NCBI GenBank assembly: GCA_900617105.1
Contig: UYFQ01000001.1
Coordinates: forward strand, 3,286,001 to 3,350,000
DNA length: 64,000 bases
Source of the DNA: Hydrurus foetidus
Lineage: Eukaryota
Direction: 5' to 3'
The translations under genes and the position numbers were made by a program. The notes beneath the pieces were generated by a model. It ran no database searches, had not been told where the DNA came from, and was given only the letters and a program-made list of their open reading frames with translations. Below, piece after piece: positions 20,291-29,164 of this stretch. The number at the start of each line of letters is the position of its first letter. Within the stretch, counting starts at the first letter, position 1.

Positions 20291-20345
20291 GTTTTTGGAT
20301 ATTGCTCAATAGATACGGGTATTAGTAGCTCTTTAATTTGTAGCG
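20291..20345 (-). repeat. Dispersed 55-bp repeat, copy 7
   Basis: Reverse complement: cgctacaaattaaagagctactaatacccgtatctattgagcaatatccaaaaac. Confidence 0.75.
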
Positions 20346-20347
20346 GA

Positions 20348-20411
20348 TCGCCTTCATTGAGAGTGCCGGGGGTAGCCGCCGGGCTACCCCCGGCAAACCA
20401 CGTGAAGGCGA
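20348..20411. repeat. GC-rich nested hairpin between repeat copies 7 and 8
   Basis: Perfect 14-bp stem tgccgggggtagcc/ggctacccccggca with a 4-nt loop, inside an outer 9-bp stem tcgccttca/tgaaggcga. Confidence 0.85.
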
Positions 20412-20414
20412 ACG

Positions 20415-20469
20415 TGCTACAAAATCAAGAGCTGTTAGCGCCCGAATTTAGAACGCCAAAGCCAAATTC
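20415..20469 (+). repeat. Dispersed 55-bp repeat, copy 8
   Basis: tgctacaaaatcaagagctgttagcgcccgaatttagaacgccaaagccaaattc. Confidence 0.78.
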
Positions 20470-20974
20470 AACCAGAAAAAACAGAAACATCAGTAGTAAC
20501 CAAATCCAAAGGAAACCGCTGCCCACGCAAATAATCCTCAAGACAAGTCAACAGCAACGGACTTCGATGCATTCCAGTGCACCCCCGAATCTCGTCTGCC
20601 GTCAACCAAACCGCCCGAACAATCCCCACATCCAGCGCCTGGCCTTTAACGTGCGCACCCAACTCGCCGCAAAACGCAAACCGCAGGTAGGTGATGTCCT
20701 CTTGCTTGCCAGGCTCGTCAGGGTGGGCGCGCTGAAAGCGGGACATGTACACACCCACCAGCGCCGTGGGCTTGAAGTGGTACGCGGTCTCTTCCAGTGT
20801 TTCTCGGGCACAACCGTTAGCCAGGCTCTCGCCGGGGTCGAGGTGGCCGGCTGGGTTGTTGAGCCTTAGCCCATCACGGGTATCTTCTTCAACCAGCAGA
20901 AATTTTTGAACGCCACTGAAGTCTTTTGCAATCACGGCGGCTACCGTTACGCTGGGTTTGAAGTGTCTGATCAT
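20468..20974 (-). CDS. nudJ: NUDIX hydrolase (NudJ-like)
   Basis: KPSVTVAAV, PAGHLDPGES...ARETLEET, RSPLL; lies upstream of mnmA. Confidence 0.85.
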   Translation of the reverse strand: MIRHFKPSVTVAAVIAKDFSGVQKFLLVEEDTRDGLRLNNPAGHLDPGESLANGCARETLEETAYHFKPTALVGVYMSRFQRAHPDEPGKQEDITYLRFAFCGELGAHVKGQALDVGIVRAVWLTADEIRGCTGMHRSPLLLTCLEDYLRGQRFPLDLVTTDVSVFSG

Positions 20975-21015
20975 AGAACTCGGTTAGTTGTCTGGAAAGA
21001 GCCATTTTTAGTGTA

Positions 21016-21070
21016 AATAAATGCTATTGCCCAATATTTACGGGTGTAAGCAGCTACTAAATTTATAGCA
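21016..21070 (-). repeat. Dispersed 55-bp repeat, copy 9
   Basis: Reverse complement: tgctataaatttagtagctgcttacacccgtaaatattgggcaatagcatttatt. Confidence 0.9.
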
Positions 21071-21243
21071 TTTTATATTTAATCGCGGCGCATTATCACA
21101 TCAAAATTTGGCTTTGCCAGTATTGTTGAACTTGGGCCGTTGTCCAGCCCGTGGGGCGCATAACCTCTAAAATTGGGGTTTTACACGAAACCTGCTGCTG
21201 CTTAGCGGCTCGGCGCCACCGCGCTTACCCCACAAGGATTTTC

Positions 21244-22773
21244 ATGCCTGCAAACGCCTCAGTTACCGCACCCGCCATTGGTCATTTCGTTAATGGGCAA
21301 GCGCTTGCCGGGGCTTCGGGCCGCAGCCAGAGCGTGTTTAACCCGGCAACCGGCGCGGTGTCGGGCCAGGTTACGTTGGCCAGCGCAGCCGAAGTCGGTG
21401 TCGCCGTGGCTGCCGCGCAGGCTGCGTTTCCTGCTTGGGCCGATACGCCGCCCATTCGCCGCGCTCGCGTCATGTTCAAGTTTTTAGAGCTGGTCAACAT
21501 CCACAAGGACAAGCTGGCACACCTGATTACCGCTGAGCACGGCAAGGTGTTTACCGATGCGCAGGGCGAGGTCTCGCGCGGCATCGACATCATTGAGTTT
21601 GCCTGCGGCATTCCGCAGTTGCTCAAAGGCGACTTTACTGATCAGGTCAGCACCGGCATTGACAACTGGACACTGCGCCAGCCGCTGGGCGTGGTCGCAG
21701 GAATCACGCCGTTTAACTTTCCGGTGATGGTGCCGATGTGGATGTTTCCGGTGGCTATTGCTGCGGGCAACACTTTTATTTTGAAGCCCAGCCCGATTGA
21801 CCCGAGCGCCAGCTTGTTCATGGCTGAATTGCTCAAGCAGGCAGGTTTGCCCAATGGCGTGTTCAATGTGGCGCAGGGCGACAAAGACGCAGTTGATGCG
21901 CTGCTGGTGCACCCAGATGTCAAGGCCATTTCTTTCGTCGGCTCCACACCGATTGCCAATTACATTTACGAAACTGGCGCGCATCACGGCAAGCGCGTGC
22001 AAGCCCTGGGCGGCGCTAAAAACCACATGGTGGTGATGCCTGATGCCGACCTGGAGCAAGCGGTAGATGCGTTGATCGGTGCGGGCTACGGCTCGGCTGG
22101 GGAGCGCTGCATGGCGATATCGGTGGCCGTGCTGGTCGGGGACGTCGGCGACAAACTGGTGCCCATGCTAGCCGCGCGCGCTAAAACATTGGTGATTAAA
22201 AACGGCACGCATCTGGATGCAGAAATGGGCCCCATCGTGACCAGCATTGCGCACAAGCGCATCACGGGCTACATCGATGCGGGTGTGCAAGAAGGCGCCA
22301 AGTTGCTGGTTGATGGACGAACGTTCACCGGCAAAGACGCAGGTAAAGACTGCGAAAACGGCTTTTGGATGGGCGGCACGCTGTTTGACCACGTGACGCC
22401 GAACATGCGCATCTACAAAGAAGAAATTTTTGGCCCGGTGCTGGGCTGCGTGCGCGTCAAGGACTTTGCCGAGGCTGTCGATTTGATCAACGCGCATGAG
22501 TTTGGCAACGGCGTGAGCTGCTACACCCGCGACGGCAACGTGGCGCGTGAATTCAGCCGGCGCATTCAGGTCGGCATGGTCGGCATCAATGTGCCGATTC
22601 CGGTGCCGATGGCTTGGCACGGCTTTGGCGGCTGGAAAAAGAGTCTTTTTGGCGACATGCACGCTTACGGCGAGGAGGGCGTTCGTTTTTATACCAAGCA
22701 AAAATCCATCATGCAGCGCTGGCCGGAAAGCATTGGCAAAGGCGCTGAATTCGTCATGCCCACGGCCAAGTAG
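21244..22773 (+). CDS. mmsA: CoA-acylating methylmalonate-semialdehyde dehydrogenase
   Basis: [29 protein letters not shown]; start moved to 21244. Confidence 0.95.
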   Translation: MPANASVTAPAIGHFVNGQALAGASGRSQSVFNPATGAVSGQVTLASAAEVGVAVAAAQAAFPAWADTPPIRRARVMFKFLELVNIHKDKLAHLITAEHGKVFTDAQGEVSRGIDIIEFACGIPQLLKGDFTDQVSTGIDNWTLRQPLGVVAGITPFNFPVMVPMWMFPVAIAAGNTFILKPSPIDPSASLFMAELLKQAGLPNGVFNVAQGDKDAVDALLVHPDVKAISFVGSTPIANYIYETGAHHGKRVQALGGAKNHMVVMPDADLEQAVDALIGAGYGSAGERCMAISVAVLVGDVGDKLVPMLAARAKTLVIKNGTHLDAEMGPIVTSIAHKRITGYIDAGVQEGAKLLVDGRTFTGKDAGKDCENGFWMGGTLFDHVTPNMRIYKEEIFGPVLGCVRVKDFAEAVDLINAHEFGNGVSCYTRDGNVAREFSRRIQVGMVGINVPIPVPMAWHGFGGWKKSLFGDMHAYGEEGVRFYTKQKSIMQRWPESIGKGAEFVMPTAK

Positions 22774-22785
22774 AGCCCCCACGTT

Positions 22786-22880
22786 TTATTGGGGTCAGAT
22801 CCCAATATTGCTGCGGGGCTACGCACCGCACCCGCAGGGCGGGCCAAAGGCTTGGCAAATCTGGGCTCTGACCCCGATAA
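22786..22880. repeat. REP/REPIN-like inverted doublet
   Basis: ttattggggtcagatcccaatattgc ... gcaaatctgggctctgaccccgataa (21/26 complementary), with inner hairpin ctgcggg/cccgcag. Confidence 0.8.
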
Positions 22881-22989
22881 GCCGTTCCCCGAGGGGGCCG
22901 CTGCGCCTGCCGTCCGGCAGAGCCGGTTCCGCGGCCCCTACCTGGTGGATCAGGGATGGCGCGATGCGGTTTGTTTGACAAATTTTGGT

Positions 22990-23019
22990 TTATCGGAGTC
23001 GGATCCCAATACTGCTGCG
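22990..23019 (+). repeat. Left arm of a second REP-like element
   Basis: ttatcggagtcggatcccaatactgctgcg, 26/30 identical to 22786-22815. Confidence 0.78.
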
Positions 23020-23046
23020 CAAAGACCTGAGCGAATGCGGCAGCGG

Positions 23047-23073
23047 CAAGAAGTACAAGAAGTACAAGAAGTA
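23047..23073 (+). repeat. Short tandem repeat (CAAGAAGTA)x3
   Basis: Read directly from the sequence. Confidence 0.9.
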
Positions 23074-23109
23074 CAAAAAATGTCCTGGGGCTGGGTGAGT
23101 TCACTCGTG

Positions 23110-23164
23110 TGATGTACAGATAAGAGCTGATTGCGCCTGTATTAATTGGTCTACAGCCTGTTTT
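23110..23164 (+). repeat. Dispersed 55-bp repeat, copy 10
   Basis: tgatgtacagataagagctgattgcgcctgtattaattggtctacagcctgtttt. Confidence 0.78.
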
Positions 23165-23168
23165 GCAC

Positions 23169-24044
23169 TCAAGGCTTCAGCAGATCCCGCACAAAACCTG
23201 CTGTGGCGTTGCGCGTCGCTGGCAAGTTAAGCAGCGTGTGCGGCGCACCGGGGATCAGCACAATCACAGCCTGTTTGTTGTCTTTGAGCGCATCTCCACA
23301 ATAGCCTTTAGCGGCGTTGTTGCCCAGCCAGGCGTTGGACGGCGAAAAGAATACGTCGGTTGAACTCATCACGTTCAACACGGGCTCGGTTAGGCTTGCG
23401 GTGCGATGGTCTTGAACAAAATAGTTGTTCTCGCAGCTCCATGAATACAGCATACGGCCAGCAAACTCGTTGCCAGCGTAGCGCGCAACGGCCGGTCCGC
23501 CCTCGCTGGTGCCGGCCAACAACAGGCGCGATGTATCGGCCCACGGCGCTAAGCGCAGCGCTTGCAGTGCCAAGGGAATTTCGGACGCGCGCAAGGCGTG
23601 GATTTTCTCGTACACGTCTTTGCCTACCGGTGATTTGTAGGTCAGGCGGTCAGGCAACGCAAACGAATCAGGCGCGATGCTGGCCACGCCCAGGCTTGCA
23701 AGCCAAAGTTGCCATTCGCCAATGGCTTTGAGCTCCAGGCCCGACGAGCCGTGCATGAACACCACGACAGGCACCTTGGCTTTTGCATTTTTCGGCGCAT
23801 TGTCCAGCGTGCCAGAATAAATCGCACCGCCCGTGACACTGGCGGGCAGAACAACGGCGGCGCGGTGGGCAGCACCCAGGCTTGACGCGGCCGTGTGCTG
23901 CGTTGCCGTGCCTTTGATGTCGCCGACGGCCGTTGCTGTTTGCGAAGAGGCAGACAATACGCGCGTTTGCGCGCAAGCGGCAAGCAGTATGGCCGCCCCC
24001 GACAGGATGACAAAATTGCCCATTGTGCGAATAGTGATGAACAT
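23169..24044 (-). CDS. Alpha/beta hydrolase (dienelactone hydrolase-like) lipoprotein
   Basis: VFMHGSSG, GTSEGG nucleophile elbow, GAPH; LLAAC lipobox; AGGAG RBS before the ATG at 24044. Confidence 0.82.
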   Translation of the reverse strand: MFITIRTMGNFVILSGAAILLAACAQTRVLSASSQTATAVGDIKGTATQHTAASSLGAAHRAAVVLPASVTGGAIYSGTLDNAPKNAKAKVPVVVFMHGSSGLELKAIGEWQLWLASLGVASIAPDSFALPDRLTYKSPVGKDVYEKIHALRASEIPLALQALRLAPWADTSRLLLAGTSEGGPAVARYAGNEFAGRMLYSWSCENNYFVQDHRTASLTEPVLNVMSSTDVFFSPSNAWLGNNAAKGYCGDALKDNKQAVIVLIPGAPHTLLNLPATRNATAGFVRDLLKP

Positions 24045-24138
24045 CGAAAAACTCCTGTCAATGATGAATGAAACGACTGTAAATAGCGGCTCATCTTTCG
24101 TCCAATGCATTGATTGCCCTGATTAATAATAAAAAGCT

Positions 24139-25065
24139 ATGAATTTAAGCCAACGCCAGCTTCAGAAGTTTGTCACAACGGCAGCGCTGATGAATGTATC
24201 GCGCGCCAGTCAGGCGCTGCACATCAGCCAGCCCGCGCTGAGCCGGGCGCTGCAAGAGCTGGAATTGCAACTCGGTGTCAAGCTGCTGCTGCGCACCACG
24301 CGCCAGTTGTCGCTCACCCATGAAGGCAGTCAGTTTTTGCCCGTTGCCCAGCGCCTGCTGCGTGATTTGCAGCAGGCCGCCAGTGACTTGCTGGAGCAAG
24401 CCACGGGGCTGACGGGCGCTGTAACGCTGGCTTTGGGTACGGCCTTTGGCTGCACCGTGCTACCGGGTATTTTGCGCAGCTTTTCGCTCAGCCACCCTGG
24501 GGTGCGGCTGCGGTTGATTGATGACAACAGCGCAGGTATCTCGTCACGGGTGATTCGCGCTGAGGCCGATTTGGGCATTGGCTCCCTGTTTGGCGACACC
24601 AGCGCGTTGACCTGCCACCTGCTACTGACTGCGCCGCTGGGGCTGCTGGGCGACCCTGAACGGTTTAACCTGAGGTCGGCCATCAACAAGGGCGATTTAA
24701 GCCAACTCCCGCTGCTCAAAGAACCGCCCGACAGCAGCATCATGCAGGTGCTGCAAAACCGTGGCTCAAAGCTGGTGCAGCAGATGCAAAGAGGTGTGGA
24801 AGTTAGCAGCCTGGCGCTGCAACTGGCGCTTGCCCAAGCTGGCGCCGGCGTGGCGGTGGTGTCGGCGCTTGGCGCGTCGCACCCGCAGGCCGATGGCTTG
24901 CAGTTTTTACCGCTCAAGCCTGTGATGAAACGAGAAGTATTCATGATGCAGCGACGCGACCGTGAACTGAATCCGTCAGCACGCGCTTTTGCCAACGCGC
25001 TGCGAGGTGGGCTGGCGCAGGCCAAGCTGCTGCCTAGCGTTAGGCGCGCCATTTCAATTGGTTAA
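24139..25065 (+). CDS. LysR-family regulator
   Basis: SRASQALHISQPALSR...LLRTTRQLSLT; divergent from the hydrolase. Confidence 0.93.
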   Translation: MNLSQRQLQKFVTTAALMNVSRASQALHISQPALSRALQELELQLGVKLLLRTTRQLSLTHEGSQFLPVAQRLLRDLQQAASDLLEQATGLTGAVTLALGTAFGCTVLPGILRSFSLSHPGVRLRLIDDNSAGISSRVIRAEADLGIGSLFGDTSALTCHLLLTAPLGLLGDPERFNLRSAINKGDLSQLPLLKEPPDSSIMQVLQNRGSKLVQQMQRGVEVSSLALQLALAQAGAGVAVVSALGASHPQADGLQFLPLKPVMKREVFMMQRRDRELNPSARAFANALRGGLAQAKLLPSVRRAISIG

Positions 25066-25066
25066 A

Positions 25067-25121
25067 CGCTATAGCTACAGTAGCTGTTTGCACCCGTATT
25101 CATTGGGCTACAGCCCTAAAT
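25067..25121 (+). repeat. Dispersed 55-bp repeat, copy 11
   Basis: cgctatagctacagtagctgtttgcacccgtattcattgggctacagccctaaat. Confidence 0.88.
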
Positions 25122-25278
25122 GACATGAAAATAAATCCAAAAACGGGGTTCAAACTGTACTTTTCAGCGGTTTTTTGCCTGGTTCGCCTGCCACCGGGCC
25201 ACGCAGGCGCGCGCCTGGGAGGCTCTGGTGTCAAGACACTGGGCGCGCAGGGGTGATGGCATGGCATCCAGGGGGGTA

Positions 25279-25320
25279 GCGAGCCAAGGGCTCGGAAAAT
25301 TTGGGCTTTGACCCCGATAA
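25279..25320 (-). repeat. Right arm of a REP-like element
   Basis: gcgagccaagggctcggaaaatttgggctttgaccccgataa, 36/42 identical to 22839-22880. Confidence 0.82.
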
Positions 25321-25441
25321 ACCGTGGATTACCCACTCAATAGAAGCAGAAATCTCGGGTAAGCTCAAAGACAGGGCAAGCGGTTGCCACATCATGGCTG
25401 AAACGCCCAAAAAAATCCAACGTTATCTTGAGGAGAAACCC

Positions 25442-26560
25442 ATGCTGATTGGGGTACCTGCCGAAATCATTGACGGCGAAACGCGCGTCGCTATCACGCC
25501 GGAAACGGCTAAAAAACTCAAAGCCCTTGGCCACACGATTCGCGTGCAAACCGGCGCAGGTGTTGGTGCAAGCGTGCCCGATGACGCGTACACAGCAGTC
25601 GGTGCCGAAATGACGGATGCCGCCGGTGCTTACGCGGCCGACATCGTACTCAAAGTGCGTTGCCCGCTGGAAGCCGAAATCCCGCACGTGAAAAGCGGCA
25701 GCGTAATGGTCGGCATGCTCAACCCGTTTGATGCGGAAGGCTTGCAGCGCATGGCCACAGCGCAACTGACGTCGTTTGCACTTGAAGCCGCGCCACGCTC
25801 CAGCCGCGCACAAAGCATGGACGTGCTCTCGTCGCAAGCCAATATTGCGGGCTACAAAGCCGTGATGATGGCGGCTGACGCGTACCAGCGCTTTATGCCG
25901 ATGTTGATGACGGCTGCAGGCACGGTAAAGGCGGCGCGGGTCGTGATTTTGGGGGTGGGCGTGGCGGGCTTGCAAGCCATTGCCACTGCCAAGCGCCTGG
26001 GTGCAGTGATTGAAGCCAGTGACGTGCGCCCCAGCGTGAAAGAGCAAGTCGAGTCACTCGGCGGCAAGTTCATTGACGTGCCTTACGAAACCGACGAAGA
26101 GCGCGAAGCCGCTGTCGGCGTGGGCGGCTACGCCAAGCCGATGCCGCCAAGCTGGCTGGCCCGGCAAAAAGCTGAAGTGGCCAAGCGCGTGGCCAATGCC
26201 GATATCGTGATCACCACAGCACTTATCCCGGGCCGACCCGCGCCTGTGCTGGTGACTGAAGAAATGGTCAAGGCCATGAAGCCTGGCAGCGTGATTGTCG
26301 ATTTGGCTGCGCCGCAGGGCGGCAACTGCCCACTGACCGAACCCGGCAAAACCGTGGTTAAACACGGCGTAACGCTGATTGGTGAAACGAATATCGCGTC
26401 GCTGGTAGCGGCTGACGCCAGCGCTCTGTACGCGCGCAACTTGCTCGACTTTTTAAAGTTGATCATCACCAAAGACGGCGCGTTGAATATTGACCTGACC
26501 GACGACATCGTGGCGGCTTGCCTGATGACGCAAGCCGGGGAGGTCAAACGTGCTGCTTAA
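25442..26560 (+). CDS. pntAA: NAD(P) transhydrogenase alpha subunit, part 1
   Basis: IGVPAE...ETRVA, RAQSMDVLSSQ, GVGVAGLQA, GGYAK; GAGGAG RBS before 25442. Confidence 0.96.
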   Translation: MLIGVPAEIIDGETRVAITPETAKKLKALGHTIRVQTGAGVGASVPDDAYTAVGAEMTDAAGAYAADIVLKVRCPLEAEIPHVKSGSVMVGMLNPFDAEGLQRMATAQLTSFALEAAPRSSRAQSMDVLSSQANIAGYKAVMMAADAYQRFMPMLMTAAGTVKAARVVILGVGVAGLQAIATAKRLGAVIEASDVRPSVKEQVESLGGKFIDVPYETDEEREAAVGVGGYAKPMPPSWLARQKAEVAKRVANADIVITTALIPGRPAPVLVTEEMVKAMKPGSVIVDLAAPQGGNCPLTEPGKTVVKHGVTLIGETNIASLVAADASALYARNLLDFLKLIITKDGALNIDLTDDIVAACLMTQAGEVKRAA

Positions 26561-27278
26561 AACTACCTTGAGCCTGGCTGCTGCGTGCAGGCCCGTTTGC
26601 CTGGCGATGGTTGGTCTGCTGACGGGTTTTGTCGGCGCTGTGGCTTTAGCTCAACCTGTCGAAATTGGTCGCAGTACCCTGACACTGCCCAATGCAGAAA
26701 ACTGGAAAGTCCAAGACGCTTCCGCTGAAAGTATTCAGACTTCGGGGGATATCAATCAACCGATGCCGATGGGCACGAAACAGCTGACTTATTTTTCTGC
26801 TGACAAGTTGACGAAAGCCGTGCTCATCAGCAAGGTCACCAAAGGCGGAGTAGCTGGTGTGACCATGACTTGGACCAACCCGTGTCCGGGAGTCAAGCAA
26901 AGCAGTGTGGTTTACAAGGCCGACAAGGGAACGGTGAGTGATATCGATTGCTTGGTCGTGATAAAAGTCAACCAGTTTGACTCGTTTATCGATTCTGGCC
27001 TGCAGCTAAAAAAATCATTTGGTGACGTGCGGCCAAACACCAAAGACGGTTTCTATATTCAATACAGCAAGTCGATGGGAGCAGGTGGCTACGCATTTTC
27101 TCAAGCGTTGGTCGCAAGTGATTTCAAAGGTATTGAAGCCGACGCAGTTGAAACTGACAACACAATTTCCCCTTCGGTTTTGGCTTGGGCAACAGCTTTT
27201 GCAAAAAGCAATGCTGCTGCAATCGACAGTCTTTCAGGCAAATGGTCTATACCAGCCTTAGTTCTCAATTCTAAATAA
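26550..27278 (+). CDS. Hypothetical exported protein inside the pnt operon
   Basis: 242-codon ORF filling the pntAA-pntAB gap, signal-peptide-like N-terminus, AT-richer codons; start uncertain. Confidence 0.7.
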   Translation: MLLKTTLSLAAACRPVCLAMVGLLTGFVGAVALAQPVEIGRSTLTLPNAENWKVQDASAESIQTSGDINQPMPMGTKQLTYFSADKLTKAVLISKVTKGGVAGVTMTWTNPCPGVKQSSVVYKADKGTVSDIDCLVVIKVNQFDSFIDSGLQLKKSFGDVRPNTKDGFYIQYSKSMGAGGYAFSQALVASDFKGIEADAVETDNTISPSVLAWATAFAKSNAAAIDSLSGKWSIPALVLNSK

Positions 27279-27287
27279 GGTATCCCC

Positions 27288-27611
27288 ATGGAAGCCGTTA
27301 CTCCCACCATCCTCAATCTGATTATTTTTGTGCTCGCTATCTACGTGGGCTACCACGTAGTGTGGACGGTCACACCTGCGCTGCACACGCCGCTGATGGC
27401 GGTGACCAATGCCATTTCGGCCATCGTGATTGTTGGCGCGATGCTGGCCGCCGCGCTGACTGAAACCCCGCTGGGTAAAACCATGGGCGTGCTGGCGGTT
27501 GCGCTGGCGGCTGTCAATGTGTTCGGCGGGTTTTTAGTCACGCGGCGCATGCTGGAGATGTTCCGCAAAAAAGAAAAAAAATCTTCAGCCGCTGAAGGAG
27601 CCGCGAAATGA
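27288..27611 (+). CDS. pntAB: NAD(P) transhydrogenase alpha subunit, part 2
   Basis: PALHTPLMAVTNAIS, NVFGGFLVT.RML.MF. Confidence 0.96.
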   Translation: MEAVTPTILNLIIFVLAIYVGYHVVWTVTPALHTPLMAVTNAISAIVIVGAMLAAALTETPLGKTMGVLAVALAAVNVFGGFLVTRRMLEMFRKKEKKSSAAEGAAK

Positions 27612-29032
27612 GCATGAACATCGTCACGCTGCTGTATTTGGTAGCTTCAGTCTTTTTTATTCAAGCCTTAAAAGGCTTGAGCCACCCCACCACATCGCTG
27701 CGCGGTAACCTATTTGGCATGGTCGGCATGACGATTGCAGTGCTAACCACAGGCGCGTTAATTTTTGAAATTGCAGGCGGCAAGCTTGACGGCTTGGCCT
27801 ATGTTTTGGGCGCGCTGGTGGTGGGTGGTGCGGCCGGCACGCTGATGGCCAAGCGGGTCGAGATGACCAAAATGCCCGAGCTGGTCGCGTTTATGCACTC
27901 CATGATTGGCTTGGCGGCAGTGTTCATCGCGGTGGCTGCTGTGGCAGAGCCGTACGCCTTCAATATTGCAGTCAAGGGCGAGCCGATTCCGTTTGGTAAC
28001 CGGCTTGAACTGTTTTTGGGCGCGGCCATTGGCGCCATTACGTTCAGCGGCTCAGTCATAGCGTTTGGCAAGCTGAGTGGCAAGTACAAGTTCAGGTTGT
28101 TTCAGGGCGCGCCGGTCACATTCGCGGGCCAGCACATGGTTAACCTGGTGCTGGGGTTGATCATGTTGGGCCTTGGCCTGGTGTTCAGCTTTACCGGCAA
28201 CTGGAATGCGTTTTTTGCCATGCTCGCGCTGGCGTTTGTGATGGGCGTGCTGATCATCATCCCCATCGGCGGTGCAGACATGCCGGTGGTGGTGTCGATG
28301 CTTAACAGCTACTCAGGCTGGGCGGCAGCGGGCATTGGCTTCAGTTTGAACAACTCGATGCTGATCATTGCGGGCTCGCTCGTTGGCTCGTCAGGCGCGA
28401 TTTTGAGCTACATCATGTGCAAGGCCATGAACCGCTCGTTCTTCAATGTGATTTTGGGCGGCTTTGGCGGTGAGGCAGCAACAGCGGTGGCAGGCAGCAA
28501 AGAGCAGCGCCCGGTCAAGTCTGGCTCGGCAGACGACGCAGCCTTCATTTTGGGCAATGCAGAAACCGTCATCATCGTGCCGGGCTACGGCCTGGCCGTG
28601 GCGCGTGCGCAGCATTCGGTGAAAGAGCTGGCGCAAAAGCTGACAGACCGCGGCATCACGGTCAAGTACGCGATTCACCCAGTCGCGGGCCGCATGCCAG
28701 GCCACATGAACGTGTTGCTGGCTGAAGCTGAAGTGCCCTACGACCAGGTCCATGAAATGGAAGACATCAACGCCGAGTTTGGCCAGGCCGACGTCGCCAT
28801 TATTTTGGGTGCCAACGACGTGGTGAACCCCGCAGCGCACGTCAAGGGTAGTGCGATTTACGGCATGCCGATTCTGGAGGCGTACAAAGCCAAAACAGTG
28901 ATCGTCAACAAGCGTTCGATGGCCGCAGGCTATGCAGGCCTGGACAACGAGCTGTTTTACATGGACAAAACCATGATGGTGTTTGGCGACGCTAAGAAGG
29001 TCATCGAAGATATGGGCAAGGCCATCGAGTAG
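27608..29032 (+). CDS. pntB: NAD(P) transhydrogenase beta subunit
   Basis: IGGADMPVV, HPVAGRMPGHMNVLLAEA. Confidence 0.97.
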   Translation: MSMNIVTLLYLVASVFFIQALKGLSHPTTSLRGNLFGMVGMTIAVLTTGALIFEIAGGKLDGLAYVLGALVVGGAAGTLMAKRVEMTKMPELVAFMHSMIGLAAVFIAVAAVAEPYAFNIAVKGEPIPFGNRLELFLGAAIGAITFSGSVIAFGKLSGKYKFRLFQGAPVTFAGQHMVNLVLGLIMLGLGLVFSFTGNWNAFFAMLALAFVMGVLIIIPIGGADMPVVVSMLNSYSGWAAAGIGFSLNNSMLIIAGSLVGSSGAILSYIMCKAMNRSFFNVILGGFGGEAATAVAGSKEQRPVKSGSADDAAFILGNAETVIIVPGYGLAVARAQHSVKELAQKLTDRGITVKYAIHPVAGRMPGHMNVLLAEAEVPYDQVHEMEDINAEFGQADVAIILGANDVVNPAAHVKGSAIYGMPILEAYKAKTVIVNKRSMAAGYAGLDNELFYMDKTMMVFGDAKKVIEDMGKAIE

Positions 29033-29164
29033 ACGTGCCTAAGACGGCCGGGCAAAGGCGGGCAGGTCAAGATCGGCCAGTCAAAAAGCGGCCAGTCAGA
29101 AGCCGCACTGCCACGACGCCGCAAGATTTATTGAAACTTAAAATCCCAACAGGAGACAACCACC

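Noticed and set aside
20168..20869. 233-aa plus-strand ORF
   Set aside because: Antisense to mnmA and nudJ and running through the repeat/hairpin block, with no recognisable motifs.
22754..23112. ORFs 22789-23112 (+, MGSDPN...) and 22754-23104 (-)
   Set aside because: The GSDP/SDPN and QEV repeats are translations of the REP-like arms and the 9-bp tandem repeat. There is no clear RBS.
25301..25441. Long N-terminal extensions in the ORF track (pntAA here; also rimI, pyrF, GDPD, uvrA, mmsA, benE, hpf, fur, glpR)
   Set aside because: Family homology starts at a downstream start codon, often with a better RBS. The extensions run through repeats or neighbouring genes.
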